Source: Octopus sinensis (lineage: Eukaryota). From it: a stretch of DNA of 64,000 bases. Both the position numbers and the translations under genes were made by a program. Within the stretch, counting starts at the first letter, position 1. Every line of letters begins with the position of its first letter. The stretch is from assembly GCF_006345805.1 (NCBI RefSeq), contig NC_043002.1, positions 6,634,001 through 6,698,000 on the forward strand, given 5' to 3'. Below, one piece after another: positions 27,287 through 40,903 of this stretch. Under the pieces are notes generated by a model. It was not told the DNA's origin. It saw only the letters and a program-made list of their open reading frames with translations, and did not search any database.

Positions 27287-27824
27287 CATATCCGCATACA
27301 TACATACATACATACACACATACATACATACATATATACACACATACACACACCCACACGTATACATATACATACATATACGCGCATGCATACACATACA
27401 AATACATACACATACACATATACATATACATACATATATATATATATATATATACATACATACATACATATACATACATACATATACATATATACACACA
27501 CACATACATACACATATACACATACACGCACATACACATATACATGCGTACCCATACACACACACACACGCGCATCCATATATATACACATAAGTACACA
27601 CATGCGTAAAAGTATACATATATCTATGCTTACACATACACACACACACACGCCACTCCTTATGTTCATACTTACATGCATACTCAAAAAATATAATAAA
27701 ATATATATACGTGCAGTTATTCATACATGCATACTCAAAAAATAAATAATAAATAATAAATAATAAATATTAAGTATATATACCTGCAGTTACCTATTAT
27801 ACAGACGGATACATACATAAACTT

Positions 27825-27892
<68 letters not shown>

Positions 27893-28090
27893 ATATTATA
27901 TATCACATATATATATATATATATATAATATATATATGTACACATACTTACACATATGTACATATACATACACACATACATAACTCTACGTACCTACATA
28001 TACCTAAACACACGAGCGTACACGTATATGTACATATACACATACACATACCCACACATATATACATACATACACATACATACACGCACA
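26500..28090. repeat. Long compound (TA/CA/TACA)n tract
   Basis: Directly visible; source of many HTHT/YIYI ORFs. Confidence 0.9.
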
Positions 28091-29157
28091 TATACATATT
28101 CTTCTATCTAATTTACCACTGACTCCTTGACCACTCCCCCAAGTATGATTTTTTTGCGCTATGCCTACCCCCAAAAAGTCCCCCACCACCACCCCTTTAA
28201 ACCTGCCTAAATGTATAAATGCCAATACAATTCTTGTTAACTAGCTTCCTGAAGATTTCTCTTGAATGAAACAGTTCTAGTCCTGTAGAAGCTCCTTCTA
28301 TATATATATATATATATAGATACTTATTTATACGAGGGGAGGCAATGTGAGCAGCAACCAAAGGAACTTTGCAAAATCCACAGAAAGATCAAACACATAC
28401 ATATATTCATATATTCATTTATATATACGGATTAATAAGTGTATACAGCTCATTTGATCACTACTATTCCAGTCTGTTATATATTTTGTGTGTTGTTGTC
28501 ACTAGCGATCTCAAGATATAACTTTGTATTTTGTAATATATATATAGATAGATATATATATGCCTTTCTTGTAAGCAATCAAATTGATCGGAGAGTCAAA
28601 TTAACCCCTTACTCACGCTCGTTATATTTACAATTAGAAAGTGTTGTAAAGTTGTAGGCGTAGCTGCTTCAGTTGTCAGCTGAATATCGTTATTTGTGGT
28701 TTGTGAGTGGAGTAGCTGAGTGCAGAATGTGTGCGTACTTATAAGAAGTAACATATGGCGTAAATAATCAACCAGTTAGGTGTTGGAAAGGAAACTTACA
28801 GCATTATAAGAGCCTATCATGAACGCTAACTGTCATGTTTAATTATGATTAAGTTCAGCAATAGTTATTGTATCTCCCGCCTTCTCAGTGTCTTTCTCTA
28901 TGTCTCTCTCTCTCTCGCCTTCTCTCTCTCTCGAGAGAGAGTTTCCAATTCTCAGTTCAGTTAAGTTACTGCATGTTATGTGTTAATACTTGTTTGAATC
29001 TAAGTTTCACTACATATGTCTGCTTGCCTGTGTGTGTGAATATATATATATATCTGTGTGTGTGTGTGTGTGTAGGGAGAAAAAAACAAAATACGAAGAC
29101 AGGTGGTGTACAAAACAAACCGATGTATTACTATAACGCTCAGGAATAGAAAAAGTA

Positions 29158-29191
29158 TTTTACGTTTCGAGCCTACGCTCTTCTACAGAAA
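29158..29191 (-). ncRNA. Minimal hammerhead-like motif in PLE pLTR relic
   Basis: TTT CTGTAGA A GAGC-gtag-GCTC GAAAC GTA AAA (one core mismatch). Confidence 0.5.
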
Positions 29192-29350
29192 GGGACACAG
29201 AAAAAAAAAACAAGGAAGAAACAGGGAGAGAAAAAAAGGAGACAAAAAATGTGTGTAATGGCTAATGATCTATCATATATATATATATATTCACACACAC
29301 ATTACTTAGCCATCCTCCTACACACTATTACTTAACCATCCTCTCACAAC

Positions 29351-29402
29351 GTCTCCGATGAAAGGATATAATTAATAAATATCCCGGAAACAGCTGTAAG
29401 AC
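29351..29402 (+). ncRNA. Minimal hammerhead-like motif in PLE pLTR relic
   Basis: GTCT CCGATGA A aGGATAT...ATATCCc GGAAAC AGCT GTA AGAC; stem I GTCT/AGAC, palindromic stem III. Confidence 0.55.
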
Positions 29403-29469
29403 CTTCTATCAATAACTTTTCTAATATCTATACAGCCTTGGTTTTTTATCGCATTACACAAAACATTCT

Positions 29470-29501
<32 letters not shown>

Positions 29502-30322
29502 CTAGCAGTATTGCCCGGCTCGTGCGCTCGCGCGTTCTATGCACGCGCGAATTAAGCTAAACTTGGATAAAGTTCAATCAAAATTCAATTATTTTGGTTT
29601 TAAAATCAAGCATTTAATGCCCTCTATTTTTGCGCTTATGTGTTCAATTTCCTCAATAGGAAGTACGTAGAAGCGTTTCATAAATTTTTGTTGATTAAAT
29701 AATTGCATTGTTGAATTATTCTTTTAGATCAGTATTTCTCAACGGGGATTTCAGGGGAGAGTTTCAGGGAGTCGCTGGCGATGTATCGTGATGATCAAAA
29801 ATCCGGCCTGCTAAAATTTGGTTAAAGTGATTCAAACTGCAGACTCGACGCAAAATGGTCACATTTAATTCAAAGCGTTAAAAATGTTATGAAAACAATT
29901 GGTATGTGTTCACAAAGTCCAAACGATTAGTACGAAAAAACCCTTCAGGTTACATCTCGAAAATTCATTTCTCTGCCGAATTTCTACAATGTTTACGGCG
30001 ATTCGTTTTTATATCTTGATTTTTTATTTTTCATGCAATTTACGCATGCTTGCACGCGTGGTGAACACAGTTCACTGAGTAAAGTTCACTATTCAATGCA
30101 TGGGATAAGGCCTAAACAAACACATTATCGATTTTTGCACTTGCGAGATGAAATTCGGAACAGAAATAGCGCAGTTCAATTTTCATTCGCCTAAACTTTA
30201 AGTGACCCATTTTTTGTGGTTCTACGATTTGTTGGCTAGGAGGAGATGTGCCGGGAAGTTAAACACACAGACACACACACACAGATACACACACAGACAC
30301 ACAAGTTGAGTTTTATATATAT
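29502..30322 (-). mobile_element. Non-autonomous Helitron-like element
   Basis: Minus-strand 3' end CTAG|T with GC-rich hairpin TCGCGCGT..ACGCGCGA upstream; 5' end TATATATAAAA plus (TGTC)n-like run. Confidence 0.65.
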
Positions 30323-30330
30323 ATATATAT

Positions 30331-30485
30331 ATTAGAAGAAATGAGATAATCAGAAGATCGGATGGTTTGTATTTACAGATATTTATTTATATATTACATT
30401 TTTTACATATATACCAACCGATCTTCTGATTACCTCATTTCTTCTAATATATAATACTTGTACATCATCTCCAAACTTTCCAACA
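30331..30485. repeat. Dispersed repeat folded into a 31-bp inverted repeat
   Basis: 30331-30361 vs 30418-30448 match 30/31; unfolded copy at 63781-63900. Confidence 0.75.
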
Positions 30486-30888
30486 TATATATATATATAT
30501 AGTTAATTCGAGGAAGTCAAGTCCTTATTAGGGATTGCATAATCCAAGGTATTCCACTGGTTCAATCTCTATCATAGTAATTTGTATATGTATTTGTATA
30601 TGTGTTTGCATATGTATTCTATTTGCATTTGTGTTTGTATATTTATTGTATATAAAAAGTCATTTGTATATTTTCAGGATTATTGAAATTAATATAGAGG
30701 GGGAAAACAAAAAGAAAATGGGAGAATAAATGAATGTAATTTCTTATTTATTTGCACGCTGTAGAAAGATGACTTTTTTTAAAAAAAAAACATTACAAAT
30801 AATTTGGAAGTTGAAAGCTCAAAATTGTTAAGAGAAATCGTAGGAGAACCTTCATATATACTTATAACTTCGTACAAATTACGGTATA

Positions 30889-31300
30889 CTCTTTTACTCT
30901 TTTACTTGTTTCAGTCATTTGACTGCGGGCATGCTGGAGCAACGCCTTTTAGTCGAGCAAATCGACCCCGAGACTTATTCTTTGTAAGCCTGGTACTTAA
31001 TCTATCGGTCTCTTTTGCCGAACCGCTATGTGACCGGGACGTAAACACACCAGCATCGGTTGTCAAGCAATGCTAGGGGGACAAACACAGACACACAACA
31101 CACACACACATATATATATAAATATATATATATACATATATACGACGGGCTTTTTTCAGTTTCCGTCTACCAAATCCACTCACAAGGCCTTGGTCGGCCC
31201 AAGGCTATAGTAGAAGACACTTGCCCAAGGTGCCACGCAGTGGGACTGAACCCGGAACCACGTGGTTGGTAGACAAGCTACTTACCACACAGCCACTCCT
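30889..31300 (-). mobile_element. SINE family B
   Basis: Full structure; (GTAAAAGA)2 tail. Confidence 0.9.
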
Positions 31301-31524
31301 GAATTTGTCTTTGTACTTTTCTAAGTTCAAATCCTACGGAGGACAATCAATTTGATCCTCATTTTACTTCTTCTTAGTCACTGTAATAAGAATGAGACAT
31401 TCTAATGCAACCATTCCATCGCCAGCCGACACTTCTCTCATCCTATACTCTGCCAAGCCAACGTGGAGTTGCTGCGGTTGTTTGATCTGTTCAAAATAGC
31501 AGCTATATCTATCACACACCATAC

Positions 31525-31601
31525 TTCATTGTACCCCGTCCAAAAAAGAAACAAAAAGCGGATGGATTTGAATATATAATTCGAAATATCCCTACCTATG
31601 C
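31525..31601 (-). CDS. Candidate internal exon (GIGRDISNYIFKSIRFLFLFWTGYNE)
   Basis: 77 bp, acceptor CTATATTTTCAG, donor GTATGG, phase 1-0. Confidence 0.4.
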
Positions 31602-33154
31602 CTGAAAATATAGACAGAGCAGACATGACAACTCTATCTCCAACAGGCTAAACAAGAACGACGACAACGCGGCTAGTTTTGCTTGGATAACAAGTCATTT
31701 TTATAGGTAATTATGTCTATATTCTACTAACGATAGAAGAACCAAGCTGGCCGCAAAACTAATAATCTATTTCTAATCCCATTTCGGTTGATTTTGATTT
31801 CTCTCCTTAGCGTACGTTTCTTTCACAACTTTATAATGAGTTTAAGTAAAAGGAAAATATATTTAATTGGCAATCAATGTCAGATCTCGATGTTAGCTGG
31901 TCATGACCTTACCTCGACACGAAGGTTCTTGCATTCAGTTTTTATTATCAATGTCACTCGAAAATTTCAGTGTCTCTCTGAAAGTCATACACAAAAAAGG
32001 AACGTTTATCAATAATCTCTATTGAAATTCATCAAATTTTCTTATGTCTTCTTTTTTCTTTTATAAAGAAAGGACAAAATATAATAAAGGGACAAAAAGG
32101 AAAAGGGGTAAAGAAATGAAGTAGATAAAAAAAAAAAGAGAATTTGTGGGAAATACAATATTATATTTTATATGTGTATATTAAATTTATTCATACATTG
32201 ACATGCATACGCGCTCATATACACACATACATACACTCATACAAACATACATACATACATACATACATACATACATACATACATACATACATACATACAT
32301 ACATACGCACATGCATGCATGCATACACATATGTGTGTATGTATTTGTACATCATTTTGACCTTAAAATGACCACCACTTATCATTTTACAAGTGACTAT
32401 TCGATGAAAATTCATTAGATAAAATACGATAAAAAGTTCAGGATCCATCAAATGAAACAACTAGGCTTCATCAATATGCACATATGATACTATCAGTCCA
32501 TGACAAGAAAATATTTATATACACTCTTTTTTTATAGCTGATCAGATGAGATTTCAACAAGAGGACAATAATTCCTTTGTTTAGTGAATCTCTTCATTCA
32601 AGGTTTCTTTTGAGTATTTTTAAGGAATAAAGATGATTATAATCAAGGAAAGAGAAAACTAATGGATGAAAATTTATTTCAATAAGAAGAAAAAACCCCA
32701 CTCCATGTGTCCTTTCTGTCCCCTTTTCTCTTTAAAAATCTTGTTCTTTTATCAGAACTTTAGTTAATAAGTTGCCCAGGTTTTTCGAAAATACTGAAAT
32801 TTTACTAACTTGCACTTCATAGAAAGGTTCAATGGAATTCAAAAAGATTTCTTGGTAGATATTATGGTCTATGTACAGATTTGAAAAAGAACATTTCCTA
32901 TCTCCTGATTATCTTTTTATTAGAATTGTGTTTGGCAGTGTAACAAATGGGGCGGACAATTGAACGGATATCTAAGAAAACATGCGCTCAGTGTAAAGCG
33001 CTTCCCTTCCAATGTGCCAAATTTTAACAATCTCTAATGAATAACGAGAGACCCTGGGCCGACAAGGGATCCTGTGCTAACAAAGGTGCGTGTGTCCTGG
33101 TGGTTGACATACTACAAATATCAGCAAATTCCCTTTCAAACAACGTTCGTATTA

Positions 33155-33540
33155 CCGTCATATTGATCACCTTGATCACCTTGACCGACCAGTCCATCGG
33201 GCGTCCATTTGACACCGCTGGTCACAGTACGCTGTCCACTCCTCTCTGGATTGCGCCTTTCTCATTCACGTGATCCCAATCGTCCTCCTGAAATCGTAAC
33301 TCCACCGACGTGGAGGCATTCCGGATGGTCGTTTCCGCTCGCGTGGGTACCACTCGACAACTGCGTGGGTCCACCGATTATCGGTGAGCTGGGTGACGTG
33401 TCCAGCTCATCTATACTTGCTGCGTGTATACTCTGCGATGACATCTCTCACGCCGGAATTCTTTCTGATGATCTCGCTACTGATGTGCTCTCTCAACGAG
33501 ATACCAAACATTGACCTTTCCATGGCTCCATGGAACCGCG
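33155..33540 (-). mobile_element. RTE-clade LINE 3' fragment
   Basis: AMERSMFGISLREHI.SEIIR..SGVRDVI...KYR*AGHV...DNRWT..VVEWYPR..KRP.G.PPRRW; short (GGTGATCAA)n tail. Confidence 0.88.
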
Positions 33541-33752
33541 ATATTAATCATATAGAACTATGATGGTGTTGTACTTGCGCCTGTAAAAGAAAACCAAGAC
33601 AAAGAAGTTACAGAAACAACGAATTGCCCTAGAGCAAATTATTACTGCTGCTGTTGTTAATGCGATGATGATGATGGTAATGATGATGATGAGGAGGAGG
33701 AGGAGGAGGAGGAGGTTGACGATGACGATGACGATGATGATGATGATACCGT

Positions 33753-33789
<37 letters not shown>

Positions 33790-34305
33790 GATGTTATGAA
33801 CGCTATATGTTTTCAAAATTATTTTCATGGCACTATTAAATGATAGAGACATCACTCTGTCCGTATGACCATAATGACAATGCAAGTATATCTACATATG
33901 TGACAGAAACTCGTGGTTGTTTTCTGCCGTTTTTTCTTCTTTCGTTGATATGATATATCTAGAAATACATCATAACTCACCTATTTTAAAAGAGTGAGGT
34001 GTGATTTGCGGAAGGTTTGGCTACTATAACTGGCATGCCACGCGACTGTTTACAGCTAACCTTAGCTATTCAGATCATCAATATAGTTGCTGTAGAGTGC
34101 ATTGTAACCTAATTGAACGGGCCGATAATCAAAGACCGCCAAGCATTTTAGGGATCTTTTCATGAGTGTTTGGGACTAAATTATCTAATGTAGCCTTTCC
34201 TCTCCTCTTTTGAAACTGTAGGGTGTGATTTGGAGTAAATTTTACTACTACAAATAATAGAGAGATGACTATAAATATTCATTGATTGTTATTGTTGCTC
34301 TTGCT

Positions 34306-34691
34306 GTTGTTGTTGTTGTTGTTGAGCGAACGGTCTTCGTCCCAGAGCTCGCAAGATAGGAGAAGTCCGAAACGTGGTCCTTGGCTATTCGTAAGACCCG
34401 CAGAAGAGAAAGCAGGTCAACCCCCGACACCGAGAGCATCGACGGATGGGTGAATGCGCATCCAGGCTCAGCGGTTGCGTAGGAAGTCGGGGGCAAGAAA
34501 CAGGAAGAAAGAGTGAGAGAAAGTTGGAGCGAAAGAGTACAATAGGGGTCACCACCACCCCCTGCCGGAGCGTCGTGGAGCTTTAGGCGTTTTCGCTCAA
34601 TAAACACACAAAACGCCCGGTCTGGGAATCGAAACCGCGATCCTCCGACAGCGAGTCCACTGCCCTAACCACTGGGCCATTGCGTCTCCAC
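34306..34691 (-). mobile_element. SINE family C tail variant 1, full length
   Basis: A box TGGCCCAGTGG, B box GGTTTCGATTCC, (CAA)n tail; matches 462-822. Confidence 0.88.
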
Positions 34692-35485
34692 TGCTGTTGC
34701 TGTTATTGTGGTCGTTACTATTCTTATTTAACCCCGAGCCTGCTATGATGGCGCAAACTTACGATTAAAGTTATTTCAGCTGTGATCTTCCTGACATTTT
34801 CTAAGTGCAGTGAGCATAAGACCGTATTATCTAACGTGTCACTTTCTGAGACGACAGAGAATGTTTTAATTCAGATTTGCTTATTTACAACTTGACCTCA
34901 AAGTACGGAGGTGGGTTTGTTGTCGAATATTGCCTATTTGCTTATCGTCGTGTCTAGCCCTACAAAACGCATGCGTCTCTCTCTTTTATATCAACAATTA
35001 CATAAACACTGCCATTCTGTCTTTGATTTTTCAGATGTTTTATCCGGAAGATATACAGAAAAGCTCATAGCAGGCAACATAGGCGCTATCAAACTTTGCC
35101 TCCAAGTGTTTGGTGAATGTCCAAATGACGCTGATTCTACACTGTACGAAAGATTGTTCGCTAAGGATAATCTCGTGTGGTACAAACCCATGGATTCTCC
35201 GACATGGATATGAATATATTAGCTATCTGGCGAAAAAATACAATCACAAAACCCAATAACAGTGAAATACAATGTCATGGATATCCGCGATGATGGAAAT
35301 CATTGTTATACTCCTATAAATATCAATTTCTATAAATTCGACCGCTTTTCATGAAGCCAACGAGGAACCCATTTAAATGGTCACTCGATCTATTAAAAAC
35401 CAACCGAGTCTCCTTTAAATCCTTGTAAAAAGGGTACATTTGATAGCGTAGTTCTAAGTCCGTTCTATTATAGACTAAGGCTTAA

Positions 35486-35706
35486 CCCATTAGTGTTTAA
35501 ACTGGCCAAATCCGGCCCAATATATTCCACATGTTTTATATTCAAACTGGCCAGATCCAGCCTCTCACACCTAACCTACAGTGACATTCTAAAAATAAAT
35601 AACCACATCATTGAAACCTCAAAGCTATAAGATAATGCATGATTAATTCAAAACAATTTGAGTGAAAAAGTATTACATTTAACAGAATAATCTGAACACT
35701 AAAGGG
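35486..35706. mobile_element. piggyBac-type MITE
   Basis: TTAA at 35482-35485 and 35707-35710; TIR CCCATTAGTGTTT vs CCCTTTAGTGTTC (11/13). Confidence 0.7.
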
Positions 35707-36133
35707 TTAAAGTGCACTGGCAGCACATCTTCATCCTTATCGTTCTGTTCAACGCGAATTAACTTGGTTCTAAACGGGAACAAAAAACATTTGCATGGGC
35801 TGCTCTTGTTATAAAGATGGGCTCATCTCTAAATTTGTAGCGTTAGACAAATAACATTATTAATTTTAATCTGTGCAGGTGACCATTCGAACACAAAGTG
35901 TATCAGTAGCAACAATATTCGTATGACTATAGTAATTGTAGAAGCGCATGATACACAACGCGCACACACATAAACACGCAGGTGTGTAAAGTGTGTGTGT
36001 GAGCGAGCGAGCGCGTGTGTGCATGTATGTATACATACATATACACACAAAAACACACACACGCATATATATATAAGTATATATACAAACATACATATTT
36101 ACAAATATCCATATATATATATATTATATATAC

Positions 36134-36222
<89 letters not shown>

Positions 36223-36670
36223 GCGCATACATATATTTTTGAAATCGATATTAAATTGATTTCAACACGAAGTGCAAATTTTCTAAAGAGTATTGCTTAT
36301 TTCCGACTTTAATTCCCATCTTTCTATGAAGCATATTTACATTTTTTTTTCATATTTATTTTCAATGTTTGTTTCTTTTATAGTTGTTTGTGTGTTTTTT
36401 TTTCTACTGATTCGTATGATTGATTCTAAAAATCATTAAACCGTGAATGTTGTACTCGCTTAGATGCTTCCATCTACTAAGAGATATATCTAAAGTTTAC
36501 GATGAGCTTATATTTGTATTTTTTTAAGTGTCTTCAAATAAAAAGTATATTAATTATTTGCAAGTACGGTCTCACAAATTATTAAAAAAATTACGTTGTA
36601 AGTAGACGAAATAAAATATTCAAATCTCATAATCTTCATATATATGTATGTGTGTGTATATATATGTACA

Positions 36671-36708
<38 letters not shown>

Positions 36709-36741
36709 CACACGTATATATATATATATATATATAGGTAT

Positions 36742-36786
<45 letters not shown>

Positions 36787-36875
36787 ATATGTATATATGT
36801 ATGTATGTATGTATGTATATATATATGTTATATATATATAATATGTATGTATGTATATATATATATGTATGTATG

Positions 36876-36959
<84 letters not shown>

Positions 36960-37740
36960 GTATATATATATATATATTCAAGAATACTTATTTTGATATT
37001 AATTTGGTTTGGGTTGTGCGGTACATCAAGATGTTGTTGAATGGAATCAGTGATTCGCTTTCGATCCTCAGTTGAAGCTAACTTCTTTCGCTTATAGCAA
37101 TAATAAAAATAAGAAATGTATTACTATCACATCAAAACCCTTTAATATTCCCTTTTAACAAAAAAACAAAAAAAAAGGTATGGTTATATAAAGGTGACTA
37201 AATTTCGCTGAGTCGAGAGACGTATGTAGCAGAATAAATCTGTTCATTTGGAGAGAAAAATAAACCCCACAAGTGGTTGTGTGCATAAAATATATATTTA
37301 CATATTTTGTGTATGAACATCTAGTTGTATGTGCATGTGTGCATACATCAGAAATTTCTGAAGGAAAAGTTAATGGAAAGATAGATTCCACCACTTCAGC
37401 TTCTAGTTCAACAGAGGTCTAGAGTCATTAGCTGCAGCAAGATGACTGCAAGACTTCATATCAGTAGGGGCTGGCAAGATCCCTATCAAACTGTTATATC
37501 ACGGAGAGGTTACCAAGGATTTCTTTTACTGCCTACTGCAATAAGATCTGGCAGATTGGTAAGTTACCACCACCCTGAACTCAGTTGTTGTCTTTGTGCT
37601 TCCTAAGAAAGAGAATCTGAAGCCTCCCACAATTATGATAATGCAATTCTTATTTAAGAAATGAGGAATTATGTACGTTATGTACATTATTTGCATTATC
37701 TACATTTGATGGATATTTGTCCCTCATCTTGTTTGTTATT

Positions 37741-37786
37741 GACACAACGTTTCGGCTGATATACCCTCCAGCCTTCATCGGGTGTT
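37741..37786 (-). ncRNA. Minimal type I hammerhead motif, left arm
   Basis: AACAC CCGATGA A GGCTG-gagggtatat-CAGCC GAAAC GTT GTGTC. Confidence 0.65.
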
Positions 37787-37817
37787 TTGGGGGAAATTCC
37801 TATGGTATTTTTCGATG

Positions 37818-37894
<77 letters not shown>

Positions 37895-38024
37895 CGCAGC
37901 AGCAGCAGCAGCAGCTGCAGTAGTAGTAGTAGTAGTAGTATTCAGGTCACTGCTTGGAATCGAACTCGGAATCTTGGGGTTAGTAGCCCGCGCTCTTAAC
38001 CACTACGCCATATGTTCGTGGAAC

Positions 38025-38073
<49 letters not shown>

Positions 38074-38118
38074 TAATAATAACAACAACATCGAAAAATA
38101 CCTTAGGAATTTCCCTAA

Positions 38119-38164
38119 GACACCTGATGTAGGCTGGAAGGTATATCAGCCGAAACGATGTGTT
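38119..38164 (+). ncRNA. Minimal type I hammerhead motif, right arm
   Basis: GACAC CTGATGT A GGCTG-gaaggtatat-CAGCC GAAAC GAT GTGTT. Confidence 0.65.
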
Positions 38165-38785
38165 AACAACATACAAGATGAGGACAAATATCCGTCAATT
38201 GTAAATAATGTAAATAATGTGTTAATTTATGGTTTGATATTGTGTTCTGTTCCATTCTAAGTACGTATTTGATTTATATAATCCTCTTTTTGAGGGTTAT
38301 GTAATTTTCAGCAGGTTTGGTGTCTGATGTGCTTCTTGTGATGTAAATCTTCCTGGTTTGTTACGAGGCTTCATATATTAATTGTTATCCATCCCGTTTT
38401 CTCTTATAAACTCCTGCTGTATATCGTATGTGTTGCTGCTTTATTTTACACTAGGGCCGCGAAGGGCACCACATACATGGGCTCTAATGAAAAATCACTC
38501 CATTCTTTTCTTTCGACAATTAGTCATGTGAAAAGCAAAGGAAATATAAGCGTACTGGTAAATACCAGTACCATTCTGCTGTTTAACAGGGAAATTTTGA
38601 GGGGACACTGAAAGCTCTTCATTGCTCTTTCTGAGGTAGAAATATATTGTTTTCCCCATGTCCTTTCTTGGGTAATTGCTCAAGCAAGAATACTCCCTTT
38701 TGTGATAAACTGCTGTCATTTTTTTCTGGCTGGACCTTATTTAAATCTTTCTTTGAGAAGCAGTACCCGCAAATCTTATTTCAAC

Positions 38786-39080
<295 letters not shown>

Positions 39081-39332
39081 TTTATATGCGGCGAGAAATG
39101 TGCGCACGCGCGTTAGTAGTTGCAGACGATAGTGTCCACAAAAAACCCATTAGTTCTCATATAAACTAACATCTCGCCAGTTCGAACCACTCTCGTGTTT
39201 ATAGCAAGCGTATTTCTTGAATCGCTTTCATCAGTAATACTTTCATCAGAAAAGTTATATATTTATCCTTAAGTGCCAGCATTTTGGTGCAAAATTTCCT
39301 TGTCAGCTTATAATTTTTGCATTTAAATTTAC

Positions 39333-39408
39333 CCCATTCTTCCTGGCCATTAGTATGTTTGCTTCGGAGGCTTTCTGTGTCCCTATATTTTGGATGTACA
39401 TAGACAAA
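39333..39408 (-). CDS. Candidate internal exon (FVYVHPKYRDTESLRSKHTNGQEEW)
   Basis: 76 bp, acceptor T10-AG, donor GTAAAT; a second frame is also open. Confidence 0.4.
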
Positions 39409-39589
39409 CTAAAAAAAAAATATCTAAAAGAAGAAATATTTTTAATACTCATTCTATAATGGAGACTATGACAATATGCCAAGACTAAATATACGAAATT
39501 AAACAAAAACAATGTACATTTTGTTTTCTAATTTAAACTCGGTAAATCTGAAAAGATCTGGAGAAATTGTATTAACTTCAATAGTCGTC

Positions 39590-39778
39590 CTTGATTGGTT
39601 GAAATTGCTGAAATGCAAGAAATTAAACAACAAATAGCTTACAAACTACAGAATTTTCCCAAGAAAGCCAAGAGAAAAAGATGTTTTATGTAACACATTC
39701 TACTAGTATACGAAGTTTAAAAGTGTTTAGTTACAAAGAAATTATTTTAAAAATCTGCCGGTCAAAGCGAAAAGATCC
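39590..39778. mobile_element. Partial copy of the MITE at 47697-47987
   Basis: Shared 3' half ending AAAAGATCC. Confidence 0.75.
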
Positions 39779-39811
39779 CTGAAAAGAAATATAAGAGAAA
39801 TGCAGTGATAT

Positions 39812-40225
39812 ACGTGTAGAAGGTCCTGGGAAGATTGGCACCAAACTTCGGCATCGAGAGCTATACTCGACCCCGAACCGGATGTCACTGCACTGTTCCA
39901 AAAGCCCCTGTCATCGCATCTAGTGTCAGGACTATGTACTTCAATAGCTTGGGATCCAAGGACTCACGGCCATCTAATACCTTTCTAAAACATCTGAGAG
40001 TTCTACACAGAATATGGATTGATTTTTCCTAGAAACAACTTAACCTCCTGCCGTCAAACATCCCAGGTGGACCTATATCACAGAAAGAATCTCAAAAGAA
40101 GACAGCAGTCTCGAACTCCCTCCTTCACTATAAACCAATCGCATAAGAATGGCCACTGAAAAGGGGATAACACTCGCGGCGCCCCAACATGGCGCTACAC
40201 CCTTGGGCTGAAATGCATAAAAGAA
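39812..40225 (+). mobile_element. Older CR1-type LINE 3' relic
   Basis: VLGRLAPNFGIESYTRPRTGCHC.VPK...RTMYFNSLG...SNSLLHYKP; 3' end CCAACATGGC...CTGAAATGCATAAAAGA. Confidence 0.8.
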
Positions 40226-40316
40226 GAAAAGAATACACACACACGCGCACGCACGCACACACATATATACATACATACACACACACTCACGAACACACAT
40301 ATGTATATATATACAA

Positions 40317-40546
40317 GGCGGTAAGCTGGCAGAATCGTTAGCACACCGGGCGAAATGCTTAGCAGTATTTCGTCTGCCGTTACGTTCTGAGTTCAAATTC
40401 CGCCGAGATCGACTTTGCCTTTCATCCTTTCGGGGTCGATAAATAAAGTACGAGTTACGCACTGGGGTCGATTTAATCGACTTAATCCCTTTGTCTGTCC
40501 TTGTTTGTCCCCTCTATGTTTAGCCCCTTGTGGGCAATAAAGAAAT
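40317..40546 (+). mobile_element. SINE family A
   Basis: Full-length match. Confidence 0.9.
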
Positions 40547-40903
40547 GATATATATATATATATATATATACTTACATATAAATATACACACATATATATA
40601 TATATATATACTTACATATAAATATACACACATATATATGCATATATATATATATATATATATATAACGCATATATATAATGTGTGTGTGTGTGTGTGTG
40701 TGCGCGTGTGTACACGCACACTGAGGGATCGCGAGAATCGTGTCGTGGTACATTACGTTTCGTTTGATGAAGGAAGAATAACATCCCATCTCCATTGTTC
40801 TGATTATTGGCATTTAGAAATGATACGTCGATGTTCAATAGGTTGTGAGGATTGTCGATATAAGTAAATGTTCTTCCCTGCCAACTTAAAGTGCTTCATT
40901 TAC

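Larger units (their letters stand above)
37661..38220 (-). mobile_element. Composite element: inverted PLE-type arms with hammerhead motifs around a tRNA-derived Pol III head and triplet arrays
   Basis: Arms 37661-37823 and 38084-38220 are reverse complements; head 37941-38014 with A box TGGCGTAGTGG and B box GAGTTCGATTCC. Confidence 0.8.

Noticed and set aside
34911-35213. 100-aa non-repetitive ORF with a good internal acceptor
   Set aside because: No recognisable domain; frames are open on both strands; cannot be assigned without a search
37941-38014. Genuine tRNA gene
   Set aside because: A and B boxes are present but the acceptor and anticodon stems do not pair properly; it is a SINE-type head, as are the heads of families A, B, C and E
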